This document shows positions 50,684 through 59,532 of a DNA stretch of 64,000 bases, one piece after another. How positions within the stretch are numbered: the stretch's first letter is position 1; each line of letters begins with the position of its first letter. The translations under genes were made by a program, and so were the position numbers. The notes beneath the pieces were generated by a model, which was not told the DNA's origin, made no database searches, and was given only the letters and a program-made list of their open reading frames with translations. This DNA is from a virus, in the IMG/VR virus record IMGVR_UViG_3300042691_019786, one strand, 5' to 3'.

Positions 50684-52309
50684 TTAATTGGTATTAACTT
50701 TGTTTATTTTATAACCATCAGAATCTAAAAATTCAATTAAAACATTTGTTTTCTTTGAAACCTTTTGATTATTTGCTGCATCTGTATAATATTTAAACAC
50801 ATCACAATTAAATGTATGAGGTTGGGTTGATTTCTCTTTGACAATGATTCTAAATTTATTATAAGCATTTTCCAATACTCTGTATTCTCCATATTTTAAT
50901 GAATCAATTGAAAATTGTTTAACTTTTACAGCGTCTCTAAATGTATACTCAGAATTAGCTTTTAATTCAAATATTTTGTTAATAGGTTTACGCACTCTAT
51001 CAGTAGCGTCCCACTCCATTTGAACATAAGGTAATTCTATTGTTTCTAAGGGTTTGAAAAATACTGTTTTATTCTCAATAAAATTTTCACCTAACTTATT
51101 AGTTATCCTATCATCAAAAACTTTGCTAATACTATTCAACACTGGTATATTACCTCTTCTAGGTTCAATCTTTTTACCAGTTAAATTAGCAAATAATAAT
51201 TTCAGAAATGAAGGGTTTTTACCACCTTGGACCTCCATAAAATCTTTATCTTTTTTTATTAACCTATATAAATCTAAAGCATTACTTTTAGTTTCATTAG
51301 ATTCATCACTCATAATATCATCCATGAAATTTTCAAGACTTACATTAGGGTCATCTATGTCGTTTTCAATTTCATCTGTGGTAAGTTCTTCACCGTTTTG
51401 TTCTTCATCACTTTGCTCTTCACCACCAGCTTCATCAATATCCCATTCGTATATACCTTTGATTAATTCACTTTTTTTAGTTATCGTGCCTTCATCGTTA
51501 ATATATTCAATTGATGGGACTTCAAAATTTGGTACTGGGCTATTTTCATCGAATTTATATTTTTCTGGTATTTTAGGTAATTCAATTTTTTCTGTTGCTG
51601 TATCTACGTCATCAGCTAGTTTGAAAAAAATACTATATTTAGATGTATTATTAATACACGTTAATTTCATAGTATCCATTCTAGGTAACTTAATAGTTAA
51701 AACATCATTTTCCTTTAACCCATTTAAAGTATCAACGAAATCATAAATCATTTGATTAATGTTAACACTTTCTTTATTTTCGTTATCAGCAGCAACCGCA
51801 TTAGTTTGATTAGGTTCTTGTTTTTGCTGATTAGATGGACCCATTGGTTTATCTAATAAATCATCAATTGATTTAGCTTTTGACGCTTGGTTACCAGATG
51901 TATTTGAAGTTTTTAACATTTCAACAATAGCATCAAAACTATTAACTTTTTTAGATTTAGCGTAACCATTCAAAAGATTTGCCATACTAGCGTCAACTTC
52001 ATTTTCTGGTTTCTGTAGCATTTTAAAAACCGCTTTTAATTTAGTTTTAAGGTCTTTGATGTATTGAGCTTTTTGTTTTGGTACTCTAGCGTTTAATGAA
52101 TTATTTACAGCGTTTTGAATATAATCAAACACTGGTTTATTTTCTGATTTTGATAAAAATTCCATTGCATCATTTTCATCTTTTATTGTCACGTTTCGCA
52201 ATCTAGCAGAAATTTGGTTGAATAACTTATCTTCCAACAATAATTGCTCTTTAATTAAATTTTTAAGTCTATTAAACTGTGATTCGGTTATGACTATCTT
52301 TTTATCCAT
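50684..52309 (-). CDS. Hypothetical protein with a KIVITESQFNRL leader (possible internal virion protein)
   Basis: 541 aa. Leader is shared with 55726..56121. Confidence 0.6.
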   Translation of the reverse strand: MDKKIVITESQFNRLKNLIKEQLLLEDKLFNQISARLRNVTIKDENDAMEFLSKSENKPVFDYIQNAVNNSLNARVPKQKAQYIKDLKTKLKAVFKMLQKPENEVDASMANLLNGYAKSKKVNSFDAIVEMLKTSNTSGNQASKAKSIDDLLDKPMGPSNQQKQEPNQTNAVAADNENKESVNINQMIYDFVDTLNGLKENDVLTIKLPRMDTMKLTCINNTSKYSIFFKLADDVDTATEKIELPKIPEKYKFDENSPVPNFEVPSIEYINDEGTITKKSELIKGIYEWDIDEAGGEEQSDEEQNGEELTTDEIENDIDDPNVSLENFMDDIMSDESNETKSNALDLYRLIKKDKDFMEVQGGKNPSFLKLLFANLTGKKIEPRRGNIPVLNSISKVFDDRITNKLGENFIENKTVFFKPLETIELPYVQMEWDATDRVRKPINKIFELKANSEYTFRDAVKVKQFSIDSLKYGEYRVLENAYNKFRIIVKEKSTQPHTFNCDVFKYYTDAANNQKVSKKTNVLIEFLDSDGYKINKVNTN

Positions 52310-52344
52310 CTTTAGCTATTTTTATATAAATATTACAAAAAACA

Positions 52345-52370
52345 AAAAATCCCCATTAAAATGGGGACTT
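52345..52370 (-). terminator. Intrinsic terminator
   Basis: aaaaatccccattaaaatggggactt. Confidence 0.75.
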
Positions 52371-52660
52371 ATTGTAATGGTATCATACCATTTTTCATTT
52401 GTGTTTTTAATGCTTCTCCAGAAACTCTAGTTTCTCTACTACCTTTTCCAGTCGTTTTAGATTTGGTTTCCTTCTCCTTCATCTCTTCAATCCGTTCTTC
52501 TTTTTCTTTGGTCTCCTTTATTAACATATTTAAAAAGAATCTTCTTTCATATGTAGGCATTGATAAAACGTCATTATAAGTGACGTTTTTCAAATATTGC
52601 GTACATATATAAATCTCCTCTAATAAAATAGGCTTAAAGTCTGATGTTAGGCCAAAAAAA
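52369..52660 (-). CDS. T4 gp51-like/tail chaperone C-terminal ORF, probably reached by frameshift from 52634..53890
   Basis: EEIYICTQYL..TYNDVLSMPTYERRFFL resembles gp51/GT-type chaperone tails. Overlaps the upstream gene at a T7 run. Confidence 0.65.
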
Positions 52661-53890
52661 TGTGACACTAAGGGGAAGAAAGGTGGCGATAGACCCTCCC
52701 CCTGGGGTCTGAACATTGATGTTTAGGTCAATGCCACTTTCAATTGATTCAACATATTCATTAAATGCTTTAGCGTCAGCAATTCTCATAGATGAAGCAA
52801 AATCTTTTATATATCTTTTATCTCTATTCCCATTAATTTCAACAATTTGTCTTTCTAATTTATAAGTTGACGCATTGTTTACCAATACTTTATTTTCTTT
52901 TTCTTTTTCTAAAATTCTTTCTAGTTCGTCAACGTCACCACAAGTTAAAACTTTGAATTTAATTACATTTTTTGTTACTGGTAATTCAAATGTAAACTCA
53001 CCATTCTCATCTGGTTCAGCAGTTAACTCAATTTCTTTAAGTTCATTTAAATTTATTTCAGTTTCAAATGGTTCATCTAATTCATCTAATAGAGTTACTG
53101 GATACATTTCACCATATGCTGTTGCTCTAAGCCATAACATAATAGCGTTTCTATCACCAATAGTTAAATCTTTGTATCTGATTTCTGGTTCCAATATTTT
53201 TCTGTTGATTAAAATTTCTAAGAATTGACCACTTTGTAATAAGTTTGGTGATGATAAAATGTTTTCATCAGCAGTTGTCATATAAGCTATTTTAATGTTA
53301 GCTTTTTTACTTCTATATAACTTACCTCTAGATGGTAAAGGAATAACGTCAAATGGTGCGTTATAGTTAGGTTGACTTAACTCATAAATGTATGGGTCAA
53401 TATTGTTAGGGTTTTGACCATAATTCTCATATGTGTTATTAACTGGCGGCACTGATGGCGGAGTTGGTGGTGGAGTATTTGGTACTCTATTTTGTTGTTC
53501 CATATTATTGTTATTATTTACATTATTGTATGATTGTTCATACATTTTTTGATAGTTTTGAGTTTGCTGTTGATTTAATCTTAACTGTTCATCTCTTTTA
53601 CGTATCAAATCTTGATTAGCATCTACTTTTTTAGGTGCGTCTTCAGCCAGTTGTGGTTCAACAACCATACCTTGTTTATTTTTTCTTTGAATTTGTTCTC
53701 TGGTACGCTGCATCATCATTTCAACTGCGTTTTTATGTGAATAACTTAATTCATCAGAACTTTTAGCGTTTTCATAAATTTCGTGAGTCGCCATAGCTTT
53801 TTCTTGTTCAAAATTAGCTATTCTTTCAGCGTCAGTTAAATTGTTTTGAGGTTGTTCTCTTTGAGGAAAAACATTTGGTTTTTTATCCAT
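52634..53890 (-). CDS. Tail assembly chaperone / T4 gp26-like baseplate hub assembly protein with a Q/N/P-rich N-terminal extension
   Basis: 418 aa. IPLPSRGKLY..MTTADENIL..GDRNAIMLWLRATAYG..FFWP. Confidence 0.75.
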   Translation of the reverse strand: MDKKPNVFPQREQPQNNLTDAERIANFEQEKAMATHEIYENAKSSDELSYSHKNAVEMMMQRTREQIQRKNKQGMVVEPQLAEDAPKKVDANQDLIRKRDEQLRLNQQQTQNYQKMYEQSYNNVNNNNNMEQQNRVPNTPPPTPPSVPPVNNTYENYGQNPNNIDPYIYELSQPNYNAPFDVIPLPSRGKLYRSKKANIKIAYMTTADENILSSPNLLQSGQFLEILINRKILEPEIRYKDLTIGDRNAIMLWLRATAYGEMYPVTLLDELDEPFETEINLNELKEIELTAEPDENGEFTFELPVTKNVIKFKVLTCGDVDELERILEKEKENKVLVNNASTYKLERQIVEINGNRDKRYIKDFASSMRIADAKAFNEYVESIESGIDLNINVQTPGGGSIATFLPLSVTFFWPNIRL

Positions 53891-53976
53891 ATTTGAAAAA
53901 CTTATTTATTTCGTTATAACTTTAAAAATAAATATATGTTAATAAGTTTTTTTGTAAATAGAAACTATGTAAAATT

Positions 53977-54004
53977 AAAAAACCACTCGTTAAAGTGGTT
54001 TTTT
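53977..54004 (-). terminator. Intrinsic terminator (could act in both directions)
   Basis: aaaaaaccactcgttaaagtggtttttt. Confidence 0.8.
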
Positions 54005-54005
54005 A

Positions 54006-54119
54006 TTATTTATTTTCGTATTCTTTTATTAGTTCTTGATTCTTAGCAATCATATTTAAACGCTTAACTAAGTTACCTCTATTTTTCTTAGGTTTACCTT
54101 CTTTTCTAGCTTTTGCCAT
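54006..54119 (-). CDS. Small basic protein (37 aa)
   Basis: Not in the ORF track. MAKARKEGKPKKNRGNLVKRLNMIAKNQELIKEYENK, with its own ATATTTAT motif and terminator. Confidence 0.65.
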   Translation of the reverse strand: MAKARKEGKPKKNRGNLVKRLNMIAKNQELIKEYENK

Positions 54120-54158
54120 ATTTTTATTTATTAATTTTATGTTATTTAATAATAAATA

Positions 54159-55046
54159 TCATAAACCTAATTCTTTTCTTAAAATACTCATAATTTCTTC
54201 TGGTTTATTTTTAATATCACTTTCCCAAAATCTTAATAATTTGAATCCCTTCTCTTCAGCTATCAAATTTTTTCTATAATCATTACCGACTGTTTTTATT
54301 TGTATTGGAAAAGTCGGTATTTTATGGATACTATTAGGATTACAATGGTGAAAATCACCATCAACCTCAATTAATAAATTAGAGTTGTGTATATAAAAAT
54401 CAAATAAAGCTGATGACACTTGTTTTTGGTATGTAAAATCTTTTTTTTCAATTAAACCTAAAATTTCTAGAAATGTTTGAAATGTAACTTCTAATTTAGT
54501 CTTTTTATTTTTATAATTATTTTTAATCAATCTTTCTATTAACCTATGTGATTGTTTTTCTCTTTCGTCTGGATTAGACCATCTTAATTCTGAAGCTTCT
54601 TGTATTTTTAATTTATGTTCTTGAGATTTTGGGACACCTTTAAGTTTTTTTGAAATATTAATACCACGGTTTTGGTTTGACATTACCTTATCAATATTAT
54701 CTTTCACCCTTGAATCATCAATAGTTAAACCTTTATTCCATATTTTTAAATCACCAGATGCATGCATCTTTTTTTGTGTTTCATGTGATTTTCTTAATAC
54801 TTCTTTATTGTGTCCCCAATTATTATTAACCCTAGCAACATGTCCTCTAATGTAATCAACAAAACCTTTTTCAATAGATAAAAACTTAACTGATTCACCA
54901 CAACCACATTTACATGTTGGTTTAACCCCACTTAAAATATAATCAATATATGTTTGTTCAGCATTAACACCATGTTTTTGGGTTCGATGTCTTCTCAATG
55001 AATCCAAATTATCAAACTCACGTTCACATTCTTTACATATTACCAT
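54159..55046 (-). CDS. Free-standing homing-endonuclease-like protein (C2H2 finger, CxCGC, NUMOD3-like, DUF559/Vsr-type nuclease)
   Basis: CKEC..HRTQKH, CKCGCG, WNKGL, KSQEHKLKI, DFYI..LIEVDGDFHH..LLRFWESD. Confidence 0.8.
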   Translation of the reverse strand: MVICKECEREFDNLDSLRRHRTQKHGVNAEQTYIDYILSGVKPTCKCGCGESVKFLSIEKGFVDYIRGHVARVNNNWGHNKEVLRKSHETQKKMHASGDLKIWNKGLTIDDSRVKDNIDKVMSNQNRGINISKKLKGVPKSQEHKLKIQEASELRWSNPDEREKQSHRLIERLIKNNYKNKKTKLEVTFQTFLEILGLIEKKDFTYQKQVSSALFDFYIHNSNLLIEVDGDFHHCNPNSIHKIPTFPIQIKTVGNDYRKNLIAEEKGFKLLRFWESDIKNKPEEIMSILRKELGL

Positions 55047-55083
55047 AAAATAAAAATTCTTTTAATATATTCATAATTTAATA

Positions 55084-55114
55084 CAAATATACTAAAAGAA
55101 TTCTTACAAGTCAA
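55084..55114 (-). promoter_or_regulatory. Host-type promoter for the endonuclease gene
   Basis: Minus strand TTGACT-17-TATATTTG; the downstream element also matches the Bacteroidota TAnnTTTG -7 consensus. Confidence 0.65.
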
Positions 55115-55143
55115 GCTTTTGATAAAGCTATTTTAATTAAAAA

Positions 55144-55632
55144 TCAGAATAATAAGATTGCTCTGTCAAAACGTAATGTTGCAGTAATCTCAGCGATACC
55201 GTCATCATCCATCCCTAAGTCACCAAATGATACGTTTGTTAACATTGTCCCATCTAATAACCATTTCTCGATAACAACCCCAGTTGGGTCAAGTAATTCT
55301 AAGTCAACTGGACGTTTGTAACCAGCAGCATAACCTTGACGACCAGTAATAGATTCTGAGTGTAAACGAACCCATTCCATAATAGCTTGAGCTGCTGAAG
55401 GACCAATTGGGTCACGGAATGTAACGTCAATCGATTCCCATGTAAAACGACCAATAACCCATGTTGAAGTATTTAAGAAAGGAATCTCAACTTCGTTCTG
55501 TGTGATTGAAGGTCTAGAAGCAGTTGATAACCACCATTGTTGGATACCTAAATCTGCTGGGAAAGTTAATAACCAACGATTCTTTTTCTTAGGTTCGTAT
55601 GGTAAGGGCATTTTCATCAATAAATCAGCCAT
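55144..55632 (-). CDS. Tail tube protein (T4 gp19-like)
   Basis: 162 aa. EPKKKNRW..RPS..W..I.VTFRD..WV..YK..L.LLDPTG..EKW..LRFD. Confidence 0.9.
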   Translation of the reverse strand: MADLLMKMPLPYEPKKKNRWLLTFPADLGIQQWWLSTASRPSITQNEVEIPFLNTSTWVIGRFTWESIDVTFRDPIGPSAAQAIMEWVRLHSESITGRQGYAAGYKRPVDLELLDPTGVVIEKWLLDGTMLTNVSFGDLGMDDDGIAEITATLRFDRAILLF

Positions 55633-55725
55633 AATGTTCTAGTTTTTTATTTAGTTTTATTATTTGTTGTTTTTTATAAATAAATATGTTAATTATGAAA
55701 AATTTTTCAATTTTATCTATATTTT

Positions 55726-56121
55726 TTACTTATTTTTTAAAATATTATTAATCAGTTCAGAATGTTTAAGTTTACAATCAAAACCGTTTTCTTTAGCATT
55801 TGAATTAAAATTAGTTACAATCTTCTCAGCATCATAGATAAATTTTTTATCAGCGCTAATTAAACCTTTGTTTTTCAAGTCTTCAATTATTTTATTCAAG
55901 TCTTCTTTATCATCCAAAATAGATTTTATTTTAGTATAAGTTGATTCCTTTTTTAATTCATTATTTGCTATTTCTAGATTGTAATTTTTTAAGTTTAATC
56001 CTAAGATTTTACCCATAGCTAAAATCATTTCAACATTAAAATTAAATTCCACTTTTTTATTTTCAGCTTCCTTTAAAATTAATCTATTAAATTGCTCTAA
56101 CGTTATTTTAATTACCTTCAT
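55726..56121 (-). CDS. Hypothetical protein with a KITLEQFNRL leader
   Basis: 131 aa, between the sheath and tube genes. Confidence 0.65.
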   Translation of the reverse strand: MKVIKITLEQFNRLILKEAENKKVEFNFNVEMILAMGKILGLNLKNYNLEIANNELKKESTYTKIKSILDDKEDLNKIIEDLKNKGLISADKKFIYDAEKIVTNFNSNAKENGFDCKLKHSELINNILKNK

Positions 56122-56143
56122 AATAATAAATATCTATAAAAAC

Positions 56144-56168
56144 AAAAAAGCTCTCAGATGAGAGCTTT
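56144..56168 (-). terminator. Intrinsic terminator after the tail sheath gene
   Basis: aaaaaagctctcagatgagagcttt. Confidence 0.85.
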
Positions 56169-56190
56169 CTTGCTTTATTTTTAATTTTGG

Positions 56191-58989
56191 TTATACATTG
56201 TCAAATGATGCACCAGTATTCATAATTACGAATTCTAATTGAATGAACTCTAATGCTCTTGTTGGTTTCAAGAATATTTGACCAGTTAATTGGTTTCTAT
56301 CGAAATCTTCTGGGTCGTTTGATAAAACAACACGGAAATCGTATAAACCTCTTTGACTTCTAATACTGTCTAAGATTGGGTTTACAAGTGATAAGAATTG
56401 GTTTCTTACAGCTGCATCGTTTTGCTCAAATAATAATCTGATAGAAACAGCAGAAATAAGTTTTCTTGCTTGTAATAACAATCTTCTAACATTGATTCTG
56501 TTAAGAGCTGTATCTTTGATTTGAAGTGTTTTGTTACCCCAGATTTTGATACCATCTGTTGTGAAAGTAGCAATTGGGTTAATTCTTGCTTCATAAAGAA
56601 CATCTCTTTCTTCTAATGTTAATTTCTTTCTAGCTTGTACTGCATTAACACCACCTCTTTCGATACCAGCTACTGCATACCATGGAGCTGTTTTCTTATC
56701 TGTAAACGCTACGTTTCTAACAACATCTCTTGTTGCTGGCATCCAAACATAAACATTATTTTCAGTGTCATCTACTTGAATCCATGGCCAGTAAGTACAT
56801 GTGTAGTTACTGTCAAAAGTACCATCTAAGAAATCAGCGATATCAGTAGCAGCCATTGGGGTTACACCATCAGATTCAGTATCTGGAGTTGTAACAATGT
56901 ATAATGAGTCAGCTCTATCGTTTTCAATCATATCGATTGCTTCTTCAACTAAGTTACCATTATCCATTACATCAATACCTGGAGTTGCAAACACGTTGAT
57001 GTTAACAGCTTCTGGGTTTCTAAATGTCCAAATACCTTCTAAGAATGCGTAGTAATCAGAGTTTATAGCAGCGTCACCGTTATATAAAGTTCTAGTTTTA
57101 AACGCACCACTTAATTTACCTTTACTACCTAATGTACCGTTTATTAAGAAAGAATCTAAATTACTTCTTCTAGTTCTGTAAATATCCCATCCATCAAAAC
57201 CACCGTAAGGTGCAAATGTAAATTTACGAGCTCTAAGTTTTTCATATTTAGTACCTAATACACCAGCCTCACTTCTAAATTGAGCGTCACCAACTTCGAA
57301 AGAGAAAGTTTCGTTATCAATTGATACTGAAGCAGCATCTAAGTCCATGTGAAAACCTTTTGTTAATGCACTAAATTCAACACCTTTATGGTCAAAGAAA
57401 TCAGCGTCAATACCTACTAAATCAGATAAACCTAAATATTTTTTAGCTATTTGAGATGAAGTATCAAAAGCACCATAAGCAGTTTGATATAGTAAGTTAG
57501 GTGAAACAACACCAGTATTACTTGCTGCTTGATAATTTCTCATTGGATAACCAACAAAACCAGCTGGGAAAGCATCTGAAGTGTTATTAGTATCATCCAT
57601 TTCAATCAATATAAAACTTGATTTTGAAGGGAAGTTACCATCTAATGTACCAATTCTTCTAGCAATATAGTTAACAGAAGTTGGGTCCATAGTCACTTTT
57701 GAGAATGATTCTAATACAGTTGGTTGAGTATCATTATCATTAAAAGCTCTAATTACAACATCAAATTCTTTTGTATCTAATTTAACGTTTCTAATAGAAA
57801 TTTTAAATTGTTCATTAGCAGCGTTACCATCAGAAATTGTCCAGAATCTGAATAATCTTAATACTTTAGTACCACGTAACTCAGAAACAACATATGGTGT
57901 AACAGCTGGTTTGTATTCTTGTTTGTAATCATTAAATGAGTTAGCGTAATTTATAGTAGTTAAATTAATACCTCTGATTTTACCAGCGTTATTTAATGTA
58001 TCAAACATTTGTTCAAAAAATTCTTCGGCAAATATTGCAGCTTTACCATCACTATTTGTTCTACCCAATACTTTTGGTAAATAACTTTTCTTAGTGTTAT
58101 CTAATGATAACGTATAGTTGAAATTACCTTGAATATTAGATTTACCAGATAATGCAAATTCAGCTAATGGGTCAAGCGCAGCATCAGTTACTGAAGGGTT
58201 GAAAAGAGGACCATTTGTTGTTCCAGTAATTTCATATGATGGTAATTGAGTATCAACATTAATACCACCTCTAGAACGTAATAACACAACTAATTTATCT
58301 TCAGCGTCTGAATAACCAGTACCAGAATAATGAACAGTAATACCAGTTGTAGTACCAGTAATGAATGCACCAACAGCAGTTAAATTATTAAGATACATAG
58401 TTGTAGTTAAACCACTAAAGGTACCACTAGTTTTAATGTTACCAGTAACATCATAAGTAGAACCAGTTGGACCTTGTGAAATTGTTGCTAATGTATCGTC
58501 TAAATCACCACTATTAATTATTTGTTGTAACAATGGGTCATTACTAACTATTGTTACGTTAGTGTTTGCTGATGTAGCTGTAAATCTTATTAATGGAGTA
58601 GCAGCGTTATATGTTGTAGTAGTTGTTGCAGCAGTAGTTGACTCATCCAAAGCTGCGTCTAAAGTAATACCCCAAGCTTGTCCAGCTTCAAAACCAGATA
58701 ATCCTAATACTCTTGTTACGAATAATTGATTTGATTGAGATAAATATTCTTTTGCGATATATGGTAACTCATATAAAGGAGCGTTGTTATCTTTAACTTT
58801 TGTAGCATTTAAACCACCAAAAAATTTTCTAAAATTATCATAACTGTCGATAAAAATAGGTTGAAACGCTGGTCCAATAGTTGTCTCACCAACTAACCCT
58901 AACGTAGTCACACCTATTTGACTAGTTACAAAAGATAAGTCTTTTTCAGATGTATAAACCCCTGGACTTACAAATACTTTATTTGGCAT
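56191..58989 (-). CDS. Contractile tail sheath protein
   Basis: 932 aa. FVSPGVYTSEKD; YWPWI; PWYAVAGIERG; RDVLYEARINPI; WGNKTL..RINVRRLL; PTRALEFI. Confidence 0.96.
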   Translation of the reverse strand: MPNKVFVSPGVYTSEKDLSFVTSQIGVTTLGLVGETTIGPAFQPIFIDSYDNFRKFFGGLNATKVKDNNAPLYELPYIAKEYLSQSNQLFVTRVLGLSGFEAGQAWGITLDAALDESTTAATTTTTYNAATPLIRFTATSANTNVTIVSNDPLLQQIINSGDLDDTLATISQGPTGSTYDVTGNIKTSGTFSGLTTTMYLNNLTAVGAFITGTTTGITVHYSGTGYSDAEDKLVVLLRSRGGINVDTQLPSYEITGTTNGPLFNPSVTDAALDPLAEFALSGKSNIQGNFNYTLSLDNTKKSYLPKVLGRTNSDGKAAIFAEEFFEQMFDTLNNAGKIRGINLTTINYANSFNDYKQEYKPAVTPYVVSELRGTKVLRLFRFWTISDGNAANEQFKISIRNVKLDTKEFDVVIRAFNDNDTQPTVLESFSKVTMDPTSVNYIARRIGTLDGNFPSKSSFILIEMDDTNNTSDAFPAGFVGYPMRNYQAASNTGVVSPNLLYQTAYGAFDTSSQIAKKYLGLSDLVGIDADFFDHKGVEFSALTKGFHMDLDAASVSIDNETFSFEVGDAQFRSEAGVLGTKYEKLRARKFTFAPYGGFDGWDIYRTRRSNLDSFLINGTLGSKGKLSGAFKTRTLYNGDAAINSDYYAFLEGIWTFRNPEAVNINVFATPGIDVMDNGNLVEEAIDMIENDRADSLYIVTTPDTESDGVTPMAATDIADFLDGTFDSNYTCTYWPWIQVDDTENNVYVWMPATRDVVRNVAFTDKKTAPWYAVAGIERGGVNAVQARKKLTLEERDVLYEARINPIATFTTDGIKIWGNKTLQIKDTALNRINVRRLLLQARKLISAVSIRLLFEQNDAAVRNQFLSLVNPILDSIRSQRGLYDFRVVLSNDPEDFDRNQLTGQIFLKPTRALEFIQLEFVIMNTGASFDNV

Positions 58990-59030
58990 AATTTTGTTTT
59001 TTGTTTTATGTTATTATTTATCGTTTTATT

Positions 59031-59038
59031 ATAAATAT
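59031..59038 (-). promoter_or_regulatory. ATATTTAT putative phage late-promoter motif (representative copy)
   Basis: The same or a one-off octamer lies upstream of about 16 gene starts in the window (see findings). Confidence 0.6.
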
Positions 59039-59085
59039 TAACTTTTTTTCAAAAGTAGAGCCAATTAAAAATATAAATATAAATT

Positions 59086-59116
59086 AGTATGAATTTTATC
59101 ATACTTTTATCATACT
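59086..59116. promoter_or_regulatory. Putative RHH operator: AGTATGA-N6-TCATACT plus a second TCATACT 11 bp later
   Basis: Inverted and direct heptamer repeats ending 16 bp upstream of the RHH start codon. Confidence 0.6.
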
Positions 59117-59132
59117 TATAAGAAAAAGACTT

Positions 59133-59285
59133 ATGAAACGAGACAAAAACTTGAAAATTACACCAAAAACGCACGAAATGTTAAAACAATACTGTGAAGA
59201 AAATGGGTTAAAAATGTTTGCTTTTGTTGAAAAATTGATTCGTGATAAGTGTCAACCTAAAAAAGGGTTATATGACGAAGATTAA
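59133..59285 (+). CDS. Ribbon-helix-helix (CopG/Arc/MetJ-like) DNA-binding protein, 50 aa
   Basis: Not in the ORF track. MKRDKNLKITPKTHEMLKQYCEENGLKMFAFVEKLIRDKC has the beta-strand, helix, G-turn, helix pattern. Confidence 0.78.
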   Translation: MKRDKNLKITPKTHEMLKQYCEENGLKMFAFVEKLIRDKCQPKKGLYDED

Positions 59286-59528
59286 TCACAATTCGAATTG
59301 GTCTCTTATTTCAATAGGAACATTACTCATTTCTTTGAATTCTTGAAATAACAATGGTGTCATCTCTTCAATTAAAAAAGGTGTGTTTATCAATGCTTCT
59401 TCTTCATTTGTATATACTCGATATGTTGAGATATAATCATCAATTAAATCACTAGAAGGTCTTAAACAAACATTCGCTTCTAAATTATTACCAATTGAAT
59501 ATGTTGCAGTTAATGTAAATTTTTCCAT
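59286..59528 (-). CDS. Hypothetical protein (possible fibre chaperone)
   Basis: About 80 aa from the ATG at 59528 (MEKFTL), directly after a fibre-like gene. Confidence 0.55.
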   Translation of the reverse strand: MEKFTLTATYSIGNNLEANVCLRPSSDLIDDYISTYRVYTNEEEALINTPFLIEEMTPLLFQEFKEMSNVPIEIRDQFEL

Positions 59529-59532
59529 AATA

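Noticed and set aside
51054-51746. Plus-strand ORFs in the track (e.g. 230 aa here, 34042..34482, 8188..8553, 48865..49221)
   Set aside because: They lie entirely antisense to long, well-supported genes and have the Ser/Leu/Ile/Phe-rich composition of shadow ORFs.
23001-58989. Bacterial extracellular contractile injection system or eukaryotic giant virus
   Set aside because: Sheath, tube and baseplate genes are interleaved with T4-like replication genes and bacterial-type promoters and terminators, which fits a tailed phage.
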